Shown here: positions 24,098 to 34,051 of the stretch, piece after piece | Numbering within the stretch: the first letter of the stretch is position 1 | Layout of the letters: each line of letters starts with the position of its first letter | Source of the DNA: Candidatus Parcubacteria bacterium | GTDB taxonomy: Bacteria > Patescibacteriota > Minisyncoccia > UBA6257 > 2-01-FULL-56-20 | Direction of reading: 5' to 3' | Assembly: GCA_003599135.1 (NCBI GenBank) | Contig: QZIV01000011.1 | Coordinates: forward strand, 1 to 46,236 | Length of the DNA: 46,236 nucleotides | Made by a program: the position numbers and the translations under genes | The notes under the pieces: model-generated | The model's input: only the letters and a program-made list of their open reading frames with translations | What the model was told of the DNA's origin: nothing | Database searches by the model: none

Positions 24098-24589
24098 ATG
24101 CCAGGCAGAAAACCGATTCCAACAAACATGAAGCTACTCAAAGGCAATCCCGGCAAGCGCGCTCTGAATGAGAACGAGCCGAAACCGGAAATTGAGATCC
24201 CGGACCCGCCGCGCTTTCTAACAGGGTATGCGCTGGAAGAGTGGCATGAGATCACGCCGATTCTCTATAGGCTCGGGCTCGTCTCAAAGCCAGATCGGGC
24301 CGCCCTTGCCGCATATTGTCAGGCGTTTCAGCGATGGGCGGAAGCGGAAGAGCAGCTTACCGGCCTTGACGGCCGCCAGAATTTGCTTACTCAGGACACG
24401 TCCGGCAATATCCGCAAATCGCCGCTCGTGAATATCGCTCATGAGGCGATGGATCAAATGCGCCGATTTTTGGTCGAATTCGGCATGACCCCGAGCTCCC
24501 GGGCAAAGGCTGTTGCCCGAAAGCCGAATGAAAACAAAAGCCCGTGGGATAAATTCAAGACGGCTGACACGAGAAAGAAAAAGAAATAA
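24098..24589 (+). CDS. terS: Terminase small subunit, P27 family
   Basis: MPGRKPIPTNMKLLKGNPGKR, ALAAYCQA, EFGMTPSSR. Confidence 0.93.
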   Translation: MPGRKPIPTNMKLLKGNPGKRALNENEPKPEIEIPDPPRFLTGYALEEWHEITPILYRLGLVSKPDRAALAAYCQAFQRWAEAEEQLTGLDGRQNLLTQDTSGNIRKSPLVNIAHEAMDQMRRFLVEFGMTPSSRAKAVARKPNENKSPWDKFKTADTRKKKK

Positions 24590-26253
24590 TGTCACTTTCC
24601 TATGCCGCTCGCGCTAACAAATACGCCCGCGAAGTCCTATCCGGCAAAATCCCGGCCTGCATTTATGTCCGGCAGGCTTGCCAGCGCCACCTTGACGATC
24701 TCGCACAGTCAAAAGACAAATCCTATCCGTACTATTTCGACACTGGCACCGCAGACCGTATTTGCTCATTCGCTGAAAACATGGTTCACGTCAAGGGCAA
24801 ATGGGCGCTTGAATCTATCCGGCTTGAAGCATGGCAGATTTTCCTATTCGCCGTTGCGTTCGGTTGGCTCAGACATACCGACAACATGCGCCGATTCCGG
24901 GAAATCTATTGGGAAATTCCGCGCAAGAACGGTAAATCGCTTATGGGGGCAATTATCGGGCTTTACATGGCATTTGCCGATACCGAGGCGGCTGCAGAAG
25001 TATTTTCCGGCGCTACTTCCGAAAAACAGGCGTGGAAAGTGTTCTGGCAGGCCCGCCAAATGTGCCTGAAGTCAGAGGAATTCCGGGAACATTTCGGCAT
25101 CTATGTTGGCGCGAAAAACCTTTGTTGCCTTGATGACGGCTCGAAATTTGAGCCGATCATCGGCGACCCCGGCGACGGCGATTCCCCGCATTGCGCGATT
25201 ATAGACGAGTACCACGAGCATAAGAAATCGAATCTTTACGACACGATGAAAACCGGCATGGGTGCCCGTACTCAACCTATGCGCGTGGTTATCACAACCG
25301 CCGGAATGGACACGTCCACGCCCTGTTATGCAAAGCATGACGATTCAATCAAGATCCTCGCGGGCGTCCTGCAGGATGACGAAACATTCCCCTGCATTTT
25401 CACAATTGACCCTGACGATGACTGGACCTTACTCGAAAACTGGAAAAAGGCTAACCCAAATTATGGCGTATCCGTTTTTGAGGACTTCCTGGAAGCCCGC
25501 CGGCAAGAGGCGATGGTCAAAACCGGCGAGCAGAATGAACTCAAATGCAAGCACCTGAATGTATGGAGCAGCGCGGGCGTCGCATGGATCAACATTCTGC
25601 AATGGCGAAAAAACATAATTCCCATGACACTCGAAGAACTCAAAGGCCAGCCCTGTATTGCCGCCCTCGATCTCGCGTCAAAAATTGACCTCGTTGCGCT
25701 TGTTTTCATGTTCAAATTCCCCGAATATTACTACTTTTTCGGGCGATACTATCTCCCGGAAAATACCGTCGATCTCCCGGCTAACAGGCATTACCAAAAA
25801 TGGCGCGATGAAGGCCATTTGATTGTCACGCCCGGCGCTCGCACGGATTTTCACTACGTCAAAGACGATCTTCTAGAGCACAATAAGACTTTCCCGATAA
25901 AAGAACTGGCGTATGATCCCCACGAGGCCGCGATGCTCATTCAGGAAATCGAAGAGGAGGCGTCTTTCCCCTGTATCGAAGTCATGCAATCGGCGGCGCA
26001 AATCTCCGAGCCGATGAAAGAACTGGAGGCCCTTTACATGGCCGGGAACCTTCATCATGACGGAAACCCGATTCTCAATTGGACCGCGTCTAATGTTGTG
26101 CTCAAATCTACCCGGACAAAGCTATTTTATCCGGCTAAAGAGCGCCCGGAAAACAAGATCGACCCGATTGTCGCCGCGATCATGGCGCTAAAACGGGCGA
26201 TGATTGCCGCTCCAACATCCGTCTACGAAGAAAGGGGGATTTTATTTGTATGA
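24589..26253 (+). CDS. terL: Terminase large subunit
   Basis: EIPRKNGKS Walker A, IIDEYHEH Walker B, ITTAG, WKKANPN, ALDLASKID, KIDPIVA. Confidence 0.96.
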   Translation: MSLSYAARANKYAREVLSGKIPACIYVRQACQRHLDDLAQSKDKSYPYYFDTGTADRICSFAENMVHVKGKWALESIRLEAWQIFLFAVAFGWLRHTDNMRRFREIYWEIPRKNGKSLMGAIIGLYMAFADTEAAAEVFSGATSEKQAWKVFWQARQMCLKSEEFREHFGIYVGAKNLCCLDDGSKFEPIIGDPGDGDSPHCAIIDEYHEHKKSNLYDTMKTGMGARTQPMRVVITTAGMDTSTPCYAKHDDSIKILAGVLQDDETFPCIFTIDPDDDWTLLENWKKANPNYGVSVFEDFLEARRQEAMVKTGEQNELKCKHLNVWSSAGVAWINILQWRKNIIPMTLEELKGQPCIAALDLASKIDLVALVFMFKFPEYYYFFGRYYLPENTVDLPANRHYQKWRDEGHLIVTPGARTDFHYVKDDLLEHNKTFPIKELAYDPHEAAMLIQEIEEEASFPCIEVMQSAAQISEPMKELEALYMAGNLHHDGNPILNWTASNVVLKSTRTKLFYPAKERPENKIDPIVAAIMALKRAMIAAPTSVYEERGILFV

Positions 26254-26726
26254 AAGAAGTTGTTGAAATTAGGCTAAAAAGGCGCTATGGAAAAGTGCTG
26301 AAAACCATAAGCACTGAAATACCCCTTAATCAAATGACAGCCTGCAATGACATTGGAGAAATGGTTGCATATTTAATGCGAAGCACTGGCGAATTCGTCA
26401 ATGATAACGCGGCGCTGACCCCCAACCTCAAGAGAGAAACACTATCCCGCCGCGATAGAACAGACGAAATAGCCGCGCTAAAGGCGATGCCCTACAGTGA
26501 ATATTTAACAACTAAGCATTGGAAGTCAATCGCTAGAAGGGCAAGGCTGCGAGCAAAGCATAAATGCCAGCTATGCAATAACACCGGAGAGAGCCATGTC
26601 CACCATCGGCATTATAAGACAATAGGCGAGGAAAGTATAATTAACGACTTGATTGTTTTATGCGCTGACTGCCATGCAAAATTTCATGGGACGGGTTTAC
26701 CGGAGGATTCCCCCAGTGACCGCTGA
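26250..26726 (+). CDS. HNH endonuclease
   Basis: YSEYLTTKHWK, CQLC, HVHHRHY, LIVLCADCHAKFH. Confidence 0.8.
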   Translation: MKEVVEIRLKRRYGKVLKTISTEIPLNQMTACNDIGEMVAYLMRSTGEFVNDNAALTPNLKRETLSRRDRTDEIAALKAMPYSEYLTTKHWKSIARRARLRAKHKCQLCNNTGESHVHHRHYKTIGEESIINDLIVLCADCHAKFHGTGLPEDSPSDR

Positions 26727-26883
26727 CACCACCGCCCAAACCTATCACATCACCAAATGCCCCGGATGCGGCGGTAAAGCGCCGGTAACGCGGACAATGC
26801 CGAAAGAAGATGAAAACGAAATCCGAATCAGGTATCATAAGTGCTCGATCTGCGGAAGGCGGTTTAAGACAACGGAGGGATGA
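26716..26883 (+). CDS. Zn-ribbon protein (Ogr/Delta- or NrdR-N-like), candidate late-gene regulator
   Basis: GGAGG RBS, GTG 26716; CPGCG...VTRT...IRYHKCSICGRRFKTTE. Confidence 0.7.
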   Translation: MTADTTAQTYHITKCPGCGGKAPVTRTMPKEDENEIRIRYHKCSICGRRFKTTEG

Positions 26884-27035
26884 AAATGCAATACGGAATA
26901 GACTTCTACACCACAGATTGCCCGCTCTGCTAGACCTCTTTTCTAGATTCTAGAAACGACCACCCCAAAATCTATTGACTTACCCGCCGTTTAGTGCTTA
27001 GATAACACCGTACATGGTTTCCGCTCCTTTGTTAT

Positions 27036-27084
27036 AAGGCCGTTCGGGAGGCCCGAAACTTCCGGACGGCCTTTCGGTTTTTTT
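27036..27084 (+). terminator. Terminator with embedded alternative hairpin (element 1, before portal)
   Basis: AAGGCCGTTCGGGAG / CTTCCGGACGGCCTT stem plus U-tract; loop CCCGAA can instead pair with TTCGGG of the 5' arm. Confidence 0.7.
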
Positions 27085-27252
27085 GGAGAGAGATTTGGGA
27101 ATAGGACCGCGAGAGGTAATATTCACGCTTGGTTTTCTCACCCTTGCCGCCGGTCTTGCCGGTTATGACTGGCGTATTTCCGCCTCTGTAATGGGGGCGA
27201 TTTTGCTGTTATTGTCCATAATTCCCGCGATTTTACCGAAAAAGCGTAAAAA

Positions 27253-28974
27253 ATGAGCCTATTATTGCGCCTTTTACAGCCCGATTCCTTCGAGGCCCGC
27301 GCTTCCGCAGACGATGATTTTTGGTATACCCACGCGCCTTCGGGTCCGACAAAGACCGGCCTCGATATTGACGAAACGAATGTCATTCAAATCGCTACGG
27401 TTTGGGCGTGCGTGCGAGTGATTGCCGAAACAATAGCCTCTTTGCCCCGTTTCGTATATGAACGGCTCGAAAAAGGCAAGAAAAAAGCCATAAATCACCC
27501 GCTTTACAACCTGATCCACCTGCAACCGAACCCCGAATCTAGCGGGATGCAGTTCCATGAGACAATGCTCCATCATTTGCTATTGTGGGGAAACTTTTAC
27601 GCCGAAAAGCAAATCAATCAGCGAAATGAACTCATTGCGCTCTGGCCGTGGAATCCGGCGCAAACAAGCGTGGAAAGAGATAGAGAAACCAGTCAATTGA
27701 TGTATACTCTACAACTTGGCAACGGGAAAGACCCCCGAAAACTGCCCCGCGAGCGTATGTTCCATATCGCCGGACTCTCATTTAACGGCGTAACCGGGCT
27801 TTCGCCAATCGCCAATGAGCGGGAAACATTCGGCCTCGCAATGGCTACCCAGGAATTCGGGTCGCGATTTTTCGGCAACTTCGCAAAGCCCGGCGGGGTC
27901 ATGGAACACCCCGGGCAAATAACCGATGAAGTCTATAAGCGCCTGCAGGCGTCATGGCAAGAAGGACACGCAGGACTACATAACGCTCATAAGCTGGCAA
28001 TTCTCGAAGAGGGCATGACGTTCAAGCCTATCACGATGCCGCTTGAGGACGCTCAATTTCTCGAAACGCGGAAATTTCAGCAAAATCAAATTGCCGCGAT
28101 CTTCCGGGTCCCGCCTCATATGATCGGCGATCTCGAACGCGCAACATGGGGAAATATCGAATTTCAGAGCCTTGATTTTGTTGTGCATTGTATTCGCCCG
28201 TGGCTTGTGCGGATTGAGCAGGCGTGGTTACTGCAATTATTCAAGCCCGAAGAGCGCCGCCGCTTTTTTGCAGAGCATGTTGTCGATGGACTCTTGCGGG
28301 GCGATTTCAAAAGCCGGATGGAAGGCTACGCGATTGGCAAAAACAACGGGTTTATGTCTTCAAATGACATTCGCGAGCTCGAAAATATGAACCCGATCCC
28401 GGAGGAGCAGGGCGGCAATACGTATCTCATACCCGCCAACATGCTGCCGGCGGAGCGGGCGCTCAATCCAGAGCCGGAGCCGCAGGAGACGATGCCAGAG
28501 CCGGAAGAGCAGCCCCAGCGCCGCGAGCGCATGAGAAGCGCGTTTACGCGATGGTTTGCCGATGCAACCGCAAGGATTGTCCGGCGCGAATCAGCCGCGA
28601 TCGGCAACCAGGCGAAAAAATTCATGGGGATTTATGCGCTTGAGGACTTCGAGGCATGGCTCGATAGCTTCTATGGCGATCTGCCGGCATTCATCGGCCT
28701 GCAGTTAGAGCCGGTCGTTTCATCCTACTGCGATACGGCGGATCTTAATGGGCAGGCAGGGACGTTTTGCGCGGCATTCCTGGAGGATTTCTCGGGGCGC
28801 CACATTTCGGAGAGCAAGAACCTTATCCTTGCGACGGCAAAACAGGCGGATCGGAGCGTTAGATTCGCTGCAATAGAAAATATGGTTAACGAATGGACTG
28901 AGGGCCGGGCCGAACACATAGCAGAGCGCGAGATTGATTATATGGCGGCTCTCATACAGGAAAATATGATCTAA
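27253..28974 (+). CDS. Portal protein, HK97 family, with C-terminal extension
   Basis: VWACVRVIAETIASLP, PNP, LLLWGNFY, GLSPI, AQFLETRK, IAAIFRVPPHMIG, NDIRELENMNP. Confidence 0.96.
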   Translation: MSLLLRLLQPDSFEARASADDDFWYTHAPSGPTKTGLDIDETNVIQIATVWACVRVIAETIASLPRFVYERLEKGKKKAINHPLYNLIHLQPNPESSGMQFHETMLHHLLLWGNFYAEKQINQRNELIALWPWNPAQTSVERDRETSQLMYTLQLGNGKDPRKLPRERMFHIAGLSFNGVTGLSPIANERETFGLAMATQEFGSRFFGNFAKPGGVMEHPGQITDEVYKRLQASWQEGHAGLHNAHKLAILEEGMTFKPITMPLEDAQFLETRKFQQNQIAAIFRVPPHMIGDLERATWGNIEFQSLDFVVHCIRPWLVRIEQAWLLQLFKPEERRRFFAEHVVDGLLRGDFKSRMEGYAIGKNNGFMSSNDIRELENMNPIPEEQGGNTYLIPANMLPAERALNPEPEPQETMPEPEEQPQRRERMRSAFTRWFADATARIVRRESAAIGNQAKKFMGIYALEDFEAWLDSFYGDLPAFIGLQLEPVVSSYCDTADLNGQAGTFCAAFLEDFSGRHISESKNLILATAKQADRSVRFAAIENMVNEWTEGRAEHIAEREIDYMAALIQENMI

Positions 28975-28985
28975 ATTTTTCATAT

Positions 28986-29083
28986 CGGGCTTATCAAGGG
29001 CCGATCACCCGCGATAACGCAAGAAAAGAAGGCGGCAGTTCCGGTGCCGGAACCATCGGGATTACCGCCTTTTCTTTTGCCCG
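28986..29083 (+). promoter_or_regulatory. Structured RNA element 2 (attenuator-like) before the prohead protease
   Basis: CGGGC/GCCCG closing stem, TTATC/GATAA stem, long AAGGCGG...CCGCCTT terminator stem whose loop CCGGAAC complements GTTCCGG. Confidence 0.65.
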
Positions 29084-29099
29084 AATGAAAGGACTGGAA

Positions 29100-29891
29100 A
29101 TGAAAAAAGACAAGGCGGAGCTTAAAGGCTACTCGATCACGGCAAAGGCGAAAGAAGCCGAAGTCTGGATTTATGAGGAAATCGGCGAGTATTGGGGCAT
29201 GGGCCTTTCGTCAAAGCAATTCGCAAAGGACTTGAAAGACCTCGGGGATGTAAGCAAGATCACCGTTCATCTCAATTCGCCTGGCGGAGACCCGTTCGAA
29301 GGCGCGGCTATTTATAACACGCTCCGGAGTCACAAGGCAGAAGTCATTGTGAATATCGACGGCCTTGCCGCTTCCGCCGCCTCGATCATTGCAATGGCCG
29401 GCAATGAAATCAATATCGCCGAAAACGGCATGTTCATGATCCACGAGGCCGCCGGGATGACGTTTGGCCGCGCCGAAGATCATGAGCATATGGCTGAAGC
29501 CCTCCGCAAGATCAATGGCTCAATGATGAGCACCTATCTCAAACGGGCGAAGATCGATCAAGAAAAAATTGCCGAACTCATGGCCGCCGAAACGTGGATG
29601 AACGCAGACGAGGCGGTTGCGTACGGCTTTGCAGATCAAATCAGTGAGCCGCTTGAAATGGCGGCCAGCTTTGATCTCTCGAAATTCAAATACCGGAACG
29701 CGCCCGCGCTAAGCATGAGCGCGGAAGATATCCCCTCACGGCCAAAGCCGGAGGAAGGGGCGCCGGAATCGGCCAAAGTCGATAACCCGCCGCCTGCGGA
29801 GCCCGTCAGGGCAACGCTCCACGACGTGACCTTGTATGAAAACGACAGACAGAAGAGGCTCGCACACTTGCGACGCCCGAAAGGAAAGTAA
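29100..29891 (+). CDS. Prohead maturation protease, ClpP (S14) type
   Basis: HLNSPGG, IDGLAASAASIIAMAG, FMIHEA, ETWMNADEAVAYGFAD. Confidence 0.93.
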   Translation: MKKDKAELKGYSITAKAKEAEVWIYEEIGEYWGMGLSSKQFAKDLKDLGDVSKITVHLNSPGGDPFEGAAIYNTLRSHKAEVIVNIDGLAASAASIIAMAGNEINIAENGMFMIHEAAGMTFGRAEDHEHMAEALRKINGSMMSTYLKRAKIDQEKIAELMAAETWMNADEAVAYGFADQISEPLEMAASFDLSKFKYRNAPALSMSAEDIPSRPKPEEGAPESAKVDNPPPAEPVRATLHDVTLYENDRQKRLAHLRRPKGK

Positions 29892-31237
29892 TGCTCACGA
29901 TCACGCAGATGCGCGAGAAGGCCGCCGCTCTGCTCGATGAGGATGCCGGCATTAGAGCGGCAGCCGTGAATCAGAAACGGCAACTCACCGGGCAGGAGCA
30001 GGACCGGATCACGCAGATTTACAACGAAGTCGAAGAGCTTGAAGCATCGATCAAGCTCGAAGAAAAAGGGGAGGCAATCCGCGCCCGATTCAATCAGTCC
30101 GTTGACGAACCGGCGCGGCCCGATCCGACCGACGATGGAAACGGCAGTTACCGCGCTCCCGGCGCGGCCAATCGCCCGAAACCCCGCAAGGGTGACGGCT
30201 TCCGCACGCTCGGAGAATTTCTCACAAAGGTAGCGATTGCACAATCACCCGGCGGACTCACAGACCCGCGGCTTATTCAGGCCGCCGCAACCGGCATGAG
30301 CGAGGGCGTATTCTCTGACGGCGGGTTTGCAGTCGGAACGGATATCGCCGGTACGATCATGGACAAGATTTTCGGGGCCGAAAACCTTGCTTCCCGTTGC
30401 ACCCGCTTCACCATCAGCAACACGTCAAATTCAATCAAAGTGCCTCGCATTGTTGAATCATCTCGCGCTGACGGCTCGCGCTGGGGCGGAGTGCGCGGGT
30501 ACTGGAAAGACGAGGCCGCGGCAATGACCGCCAGCAAACCCAAGGGCGGCGATTGTCAGTTGAGCCTCGAAAACCTGACGGTATTGATTTACACGACGGA
30601 CCAGCTCCTTGCCGATTCCGCCGCGCTCGAATCGTATATCCGCCAGCTCGCGCCGAAAGAGATCATCTTCAAAATGAACGATGCTCTCATTAACGGCGAC
30701 GGCTCCGGCAAACCTCTGGGCATCCTTCAGGCCGGTTGCCTCGTATCGCAGGCAAAGGAAACCGGACAGACGGCGGAAACGATCAAGTACGAGAATATTG
30801 TCAAAATGTGGTCCCGCATGTTCTCTGATTCGCGCCCGAATGCCGTATGGCTTATCAATCAGGACGTGGAGCCGCAACTCTACACGATGTCCCTTGCGGT
30901 CGGTACGGGCGGCAGCGCGGTTTATCTGCCCCCGGGCGGCGCGTCAGATCAACCGTATGCGCGGCTCTTCGGCCGGCCGGTAATTCCGATGGAGCAATGT
31001 CCTACGCTGGGAACGGTTGGCGATATCATCCTGGCCGATTTCAGTCAATACCTGTTGGCTGATAAAGGCGGAGTGGAAAGCGCCTCCTCGATCCATGTCC
31101 AGTTCCTTTACAACGAAACCGTTTTCCGGTTCGTCTACCGCGTGGATGGCCAGCCGTGGTGGGGCGCTCCATTGACCCCCAAAAGCGGATCATCCAATAC
31201 CCTGAGCCCCTTTGTGGCGCTCGCAACCAGGTCTTAA
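29891..31237 (+). CDS. Major capsid protein, HK97 fold with N-terminal delta domain
   Basis: N-terminal coiled coil, DGGFAV, LINGDGSGKPLGIL, LFGRPVI, GDIILADFSQY. Confidence 0.95.
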   Translation: MLTITQMREKAAALLDEDAGIRAAAVNQKRQLTGQEQDRITQIYNEVEELEASIKLEEKGEAIRARFNQSVDEPARPDPTDDGNGSYRAPGAANRPKPRKGDGFRTLGEFLTKVAIAQSPGGLTDPRLIQAAATGMSEGVFSDGGFAVGTDIAGTIMDKIFGAENLASRCTRFTISNTSNSIKVPRIVESSRADGSRWGGVRGYWKDEAAAMTASKPKGGDCQLSLENLTVLIYTTDQLLADSAALESYIRQLAPKEIIFKMNDALINGDGSGKPLGILQAGCLVSQAKETGQTAETIKYENIVKMWSRMFSDSRPNAVWLINQDVEPQLYTMSLAVGTGGSAVYLPPGGASDQPYARLFGRPVIPMEQCPTLGTVGDIILADFSQYLLADKGGVESASSIHVQFLYNETVFRFVYRVDGQPWWGAPLTPKSGSSNTLSPFVALATRS

Positions 31238-31253
31238 GGGGAGGTGACAGCTA

Positions 31254-31736
31254 ATGGCTAGAGGAATCAATATTGCCGAACAATGCCACGTTGTGAATGC
31301 CACGGCTCCTATCGATATCAATGGCGCGGGCGCGTCTTCAGACGTTTTTTCAATGGAGAACTTCTCCCACGCTACGATCATCGTTCAGCTTGGCGTCACC
31401 GGCGCGGCTACCACGATCACAGTCAAGGAGTGCGATGACGTTACGCCGACGAATTCAACGGCTATCGCGTTCTACTACTACTCTGAAACCACGGCGGCGG
31501 GAGATACGCTTTCGACTCGCACGGCCGCCACGACTTCGGGAATCACCGGCTCAACCAACGATGGTGTCATGTACGTCATCGAAATCGACGCATCGCAGCT
31601 TACCGATGGGTACAAGTACCTGCAGGTATGCGCAAGCGATCCGTCAGCCGCAACGCTTTATTCCTGTGTTGCGATTCTGAGCGGCTCGCGCTATTCCGGC
31701 GATCCGGCAACTGAGGCAATAACGGCGATCGTGTAA
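31254..31736 (+). CDS. Putative capsid accessory or decoration protein
   Basis: GGGAGGTG RBS; beta-rich, Thr/Ala-rich; immediately after the capsid gene. Confidence 0.6.
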   Translation: MARGINIAEQCHVVNATAPIDINGAGASSDVFSMENFSHATIIVQLGVTGAATTITVKECDDVTPTNSTAIAFYYYSETTAAGDTLSTRTAATTSGITGSTNDGVMYVIEIDASQLTDGYKYLQVCASDPSAATLYSCVAILSGSRYSGDPATEAITAIV

Positions 31737-31757
31737 CTGAGACAATAACCAACTATC

Positions 31758-31786
31758 CGCCCGGCCTCCAGTGACGAGGCCGGGCG
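31758..31786 (+). other. GC-rich hairpin without U-tract (processing or stabilising element)
   Basis: CGCCCGGCCTC-7 nt-GAGGCCGGGCG perfect 11-bp stem. Confidence 0.55.
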
Positions 31787-31818
31787 CCCTACGGGGCGGA
31801 TAGAAGGAGAAAGAAAAA

Positions 31819-32523
31819 ATGGCAGACGTACACAGCAAATGGATTAATGGGCAGCTCGTCTTTTGGGACACCTACGAATACAGGTGGGTTGATGCAATCG
31901 GCCCGGATGTCGTCAAGTATTGCAACCACTTCGTCAATTTGCCGGTAGACGATACGACCGGCAATCCGACGGAATTCACGACAACGGAAACGGGAGTGAA
32001 TACGGTCGTTATTAGCACGACGGCGGGCGGACGGCTCCTGCTTACCACCGGCGCCACGGAAAACAACGGCATCAGTATGCAATTGACGGGCGAAGCGTTC
32101 AAGCTCGAATCGAACAAGCCGCTGTATTTCGGAACGAAATTGCAGGTGAACGATGCCGACCAGGTTGACTTATTTATCGGCCTCTGCATAACCGACACCG
32201 ATTTGGCGGGCGGCATGACCGACGGAGTCTATTTTGAATCGCTTGACGAAAGCGCGAGCATCTCATGCGTGACCGAAAAGGATTCAACCGAAACGCAGAC
32301 CGATTCCACCGGAACGCTTGTCGATGCCACTGACAAGACGCTCGAATTCTACTGGGACGGCAGCACATACATTCATTTCTACATCGACGGAACGCTTGTG
32401 GCGTCAAGTTCCACAAACATTCCAACCGATGAAGAGCTTACGCTCTCGATCGAATTGCTGACCGGCGAGGGTACGGCAAACACCTGCTCAATCGATTGGG
32501 TCCGCGTCATTCAGATCCGGTAA
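31819..32523 (+). CDS. Putative virion protein with beta-sandwich (lectin-like) domain
   Basis: Acidic, Thr-rich; TLEFYWDG..IHFYIDG and IDWVRVIQ segments; in the head module. Confidence 0.55.
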   Translation: MADVHSKWINGQLVFWDTYEYRWVDAIGPDVVKYCNHFVNLPVDDTTGNPTEFTTTETGVNTVVISTTAGGRLLLTTGATENNGISMQLTGEAFKLESNKPLYFGTKLQVNDADQVDLFIGLCITDTDLAGGMTDGVYFESLDESASISCVTEKDSTETQTDSTGTLVDATDKTLEFYWDGSTYIHFYIDGTLVASSSTNIPTDEELTLSIELLTGEGTANTCSIDWVRVIQIR

Positions 32524-32533
32524 GGGGGTTGCA

Positions 32534-32950
32534 ATGAGAAGATACCTGATTGCGCTAGTGCTCGTGCTTCTCTTTGCAGGGGCGGCATGGGCAACGAGCC
32601 TCAACTTTTCGAGCAGCCCGAACCTGACGGGGCTTACTTACTGGGTTGAGCGTGATAACGTCGGCGATGCCTCAACCGCGCAAACGATCAAAGCCGCTCC
32701 TGGCGCGGGCTACAGGCTGACGGTAACGCGGGTAATAATCAGTTGCGTAACCGCATGTGCCATTTACTTGAAAGACGAAGACGGCACGGTAATAGCCGGC
32801 GGTTACGAATTCACTACGGGCGGCCCGGGAACAATAGACCTCAATTTCTACCGATACCCGCGATATTTGGCCGACAACAAGGCGCTGACGTATGAGGCAA
32901 CCGCAGAGGGAAACGTGACGGTTGAGGTTGAGGGGTTCACAAGCAACTAA
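32534..32950 (+). CDS. Head-module protein with Sec signal peptide
   Basis: MRRYLIALVLVLLFAGAAWA then TSLNF; beta-rich mature domain. Confidence 0.7.
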   Translation: MRRYLIALVLVLLFAGAAWATSLNFSSSPNLTGLTYWVERDNVGDASTAQTIKAAPGAGYRLTVTRVIISCVTACAIYLKDEDGTVIAGGYEFTTGGPGTIDLNFYRYPRYLADNKALTYEATAEGNVTVEVEGFTSN

Positions 32951-32974
32951 CGGGCGATGACTGAAAGGGGCGAT

Positions 32975-33142
32975 ATGAGCGAGTTGAAAATGGTGCAGGT
33001 GAGGTTGAAGCCGCATTATCTTCCTCACCTGCATTCTCGTATTGTGGAAATGTATGAGGGACCGGCAAGGCAACTTGCAGATAGCGGATTGCTCGAGATC
33101 CTGCCGGTAGAGAAAAAGCGCGGGCGCAAACCAAAGGCTTAG
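32975..33142 (+). CDS. Small basic protein preceding the head-tail connector
   Basis: ARQLADSGLLE...KKRGRKPKA, a common small gene at this position. Confidence 0.55.
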   Translation: MSELKMVQVRLKPHYLPHLHSRIVEMYEGPARQLADSGLLEILPVEKKRGRKPKA

Positions 33143-33145
33143 GCG

Positions 33146-34051
33146 ATGTCGATAAGCTCTCCGAATCGGATAATCACAGCTACCGATTTCAAGAACATTA
33201 TGCGCGTTGGCGATACCTCGCAGGATACGATTCTTGGGCGCGTTCTCCCGGGGGCGCTCCGGGCGCTCGAAAGATACTGTAACCGCAAATTCTGCGAGTA
33301 CGAAGAGGAGGCGTTTTCGGTTTATTGCAACGATACCGGCAGCGTTTCAGCGGCAACAGTCACCGTTACGGAATCCACGCTTACCCTTGTCAATACCGGC
33401 GGGGATAATGCGGGAACAAATACGCTCACCCTTGCCGATGCCGCCAATGACACGCTGACAGAACTTGTTGCCGTCATAGAGGCACTGGACGGCTGGACCG
33501 CAACGATATCTTCATCGGCAACGGGGACGGCATCGAGCACAGAACTAACTCCGGCGGCCGCTCAATCCTGCATCGGCTCTGCAAATGCCGTCACATTGGG
33601 CTATCGCGTGGACATAACGGAGTACTTTGACGGGGACGGCAAAACGCGGCTCTGGCCGCAGTATATCCCGCTCATTTCCGTCACTTCGCTTTACGATGAC
33701 ACAGACCGGACTTTTACGGATTCGAATGACGCGCTTGACGATGACGATTATGCGCTTTTTGACGATTACCTTCAGCTGGTCGATAACAACACTTTCAATG
33801 TCGACACAAAAAACATTCGCTTGATCTATCGCGGCGGCTACACGCCCGCACAGCTTGACGATGACGAGCGATCAGATTTGAGGCTGGCGGCGGCTCAGTA
33901 CGTGAATTACATCATGCAGCAGATATCAACCGGGCCCGTCCAGGCGCAGGTTGACATTGACGGCATGGTTCAAAGGCCGCTATTTTTCGGCCCAATTCCC
34001 GCGATGGTTCGGGCGCTCCTGGAGCCCTACAAACGCAAGGTATTTTTCTAA
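33146..34051 (+). CDS. Head-tail connector (gp6/gp15-like) with inserted domain
   Basis: ALERYCNRKF, EYFDGDG, PLISVTSL, NIRLIYRGGY, IPAMVRALLEPYKR. Confidence 0.75.
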   Translation: MSISSPNRIITATDFKNIMRVGDTSQDTILGRVLPGALRALERYCNRKFCEYEEEAFSVYCNDTGSVSAATVTVTESTLTLVNTGGDNAGTNTLTLADAANDTLTELVAVIEALDGWTATISSSATGTASSTELTPAAAQSCIGSANAVTLGYRVDITEYFDGDGKTRLWPQYIPLISVTSLYDDTDRTFTDSNDALDDDDYALFDDYLQLVDNNTFNVDTKNIRLIYRGGYTPAQLDDDERSDLRLAAAQYVNYIMQQISTGPVQAQVDIDGMVQRPLFFGPIPAMVRALLEPYKRKVFF

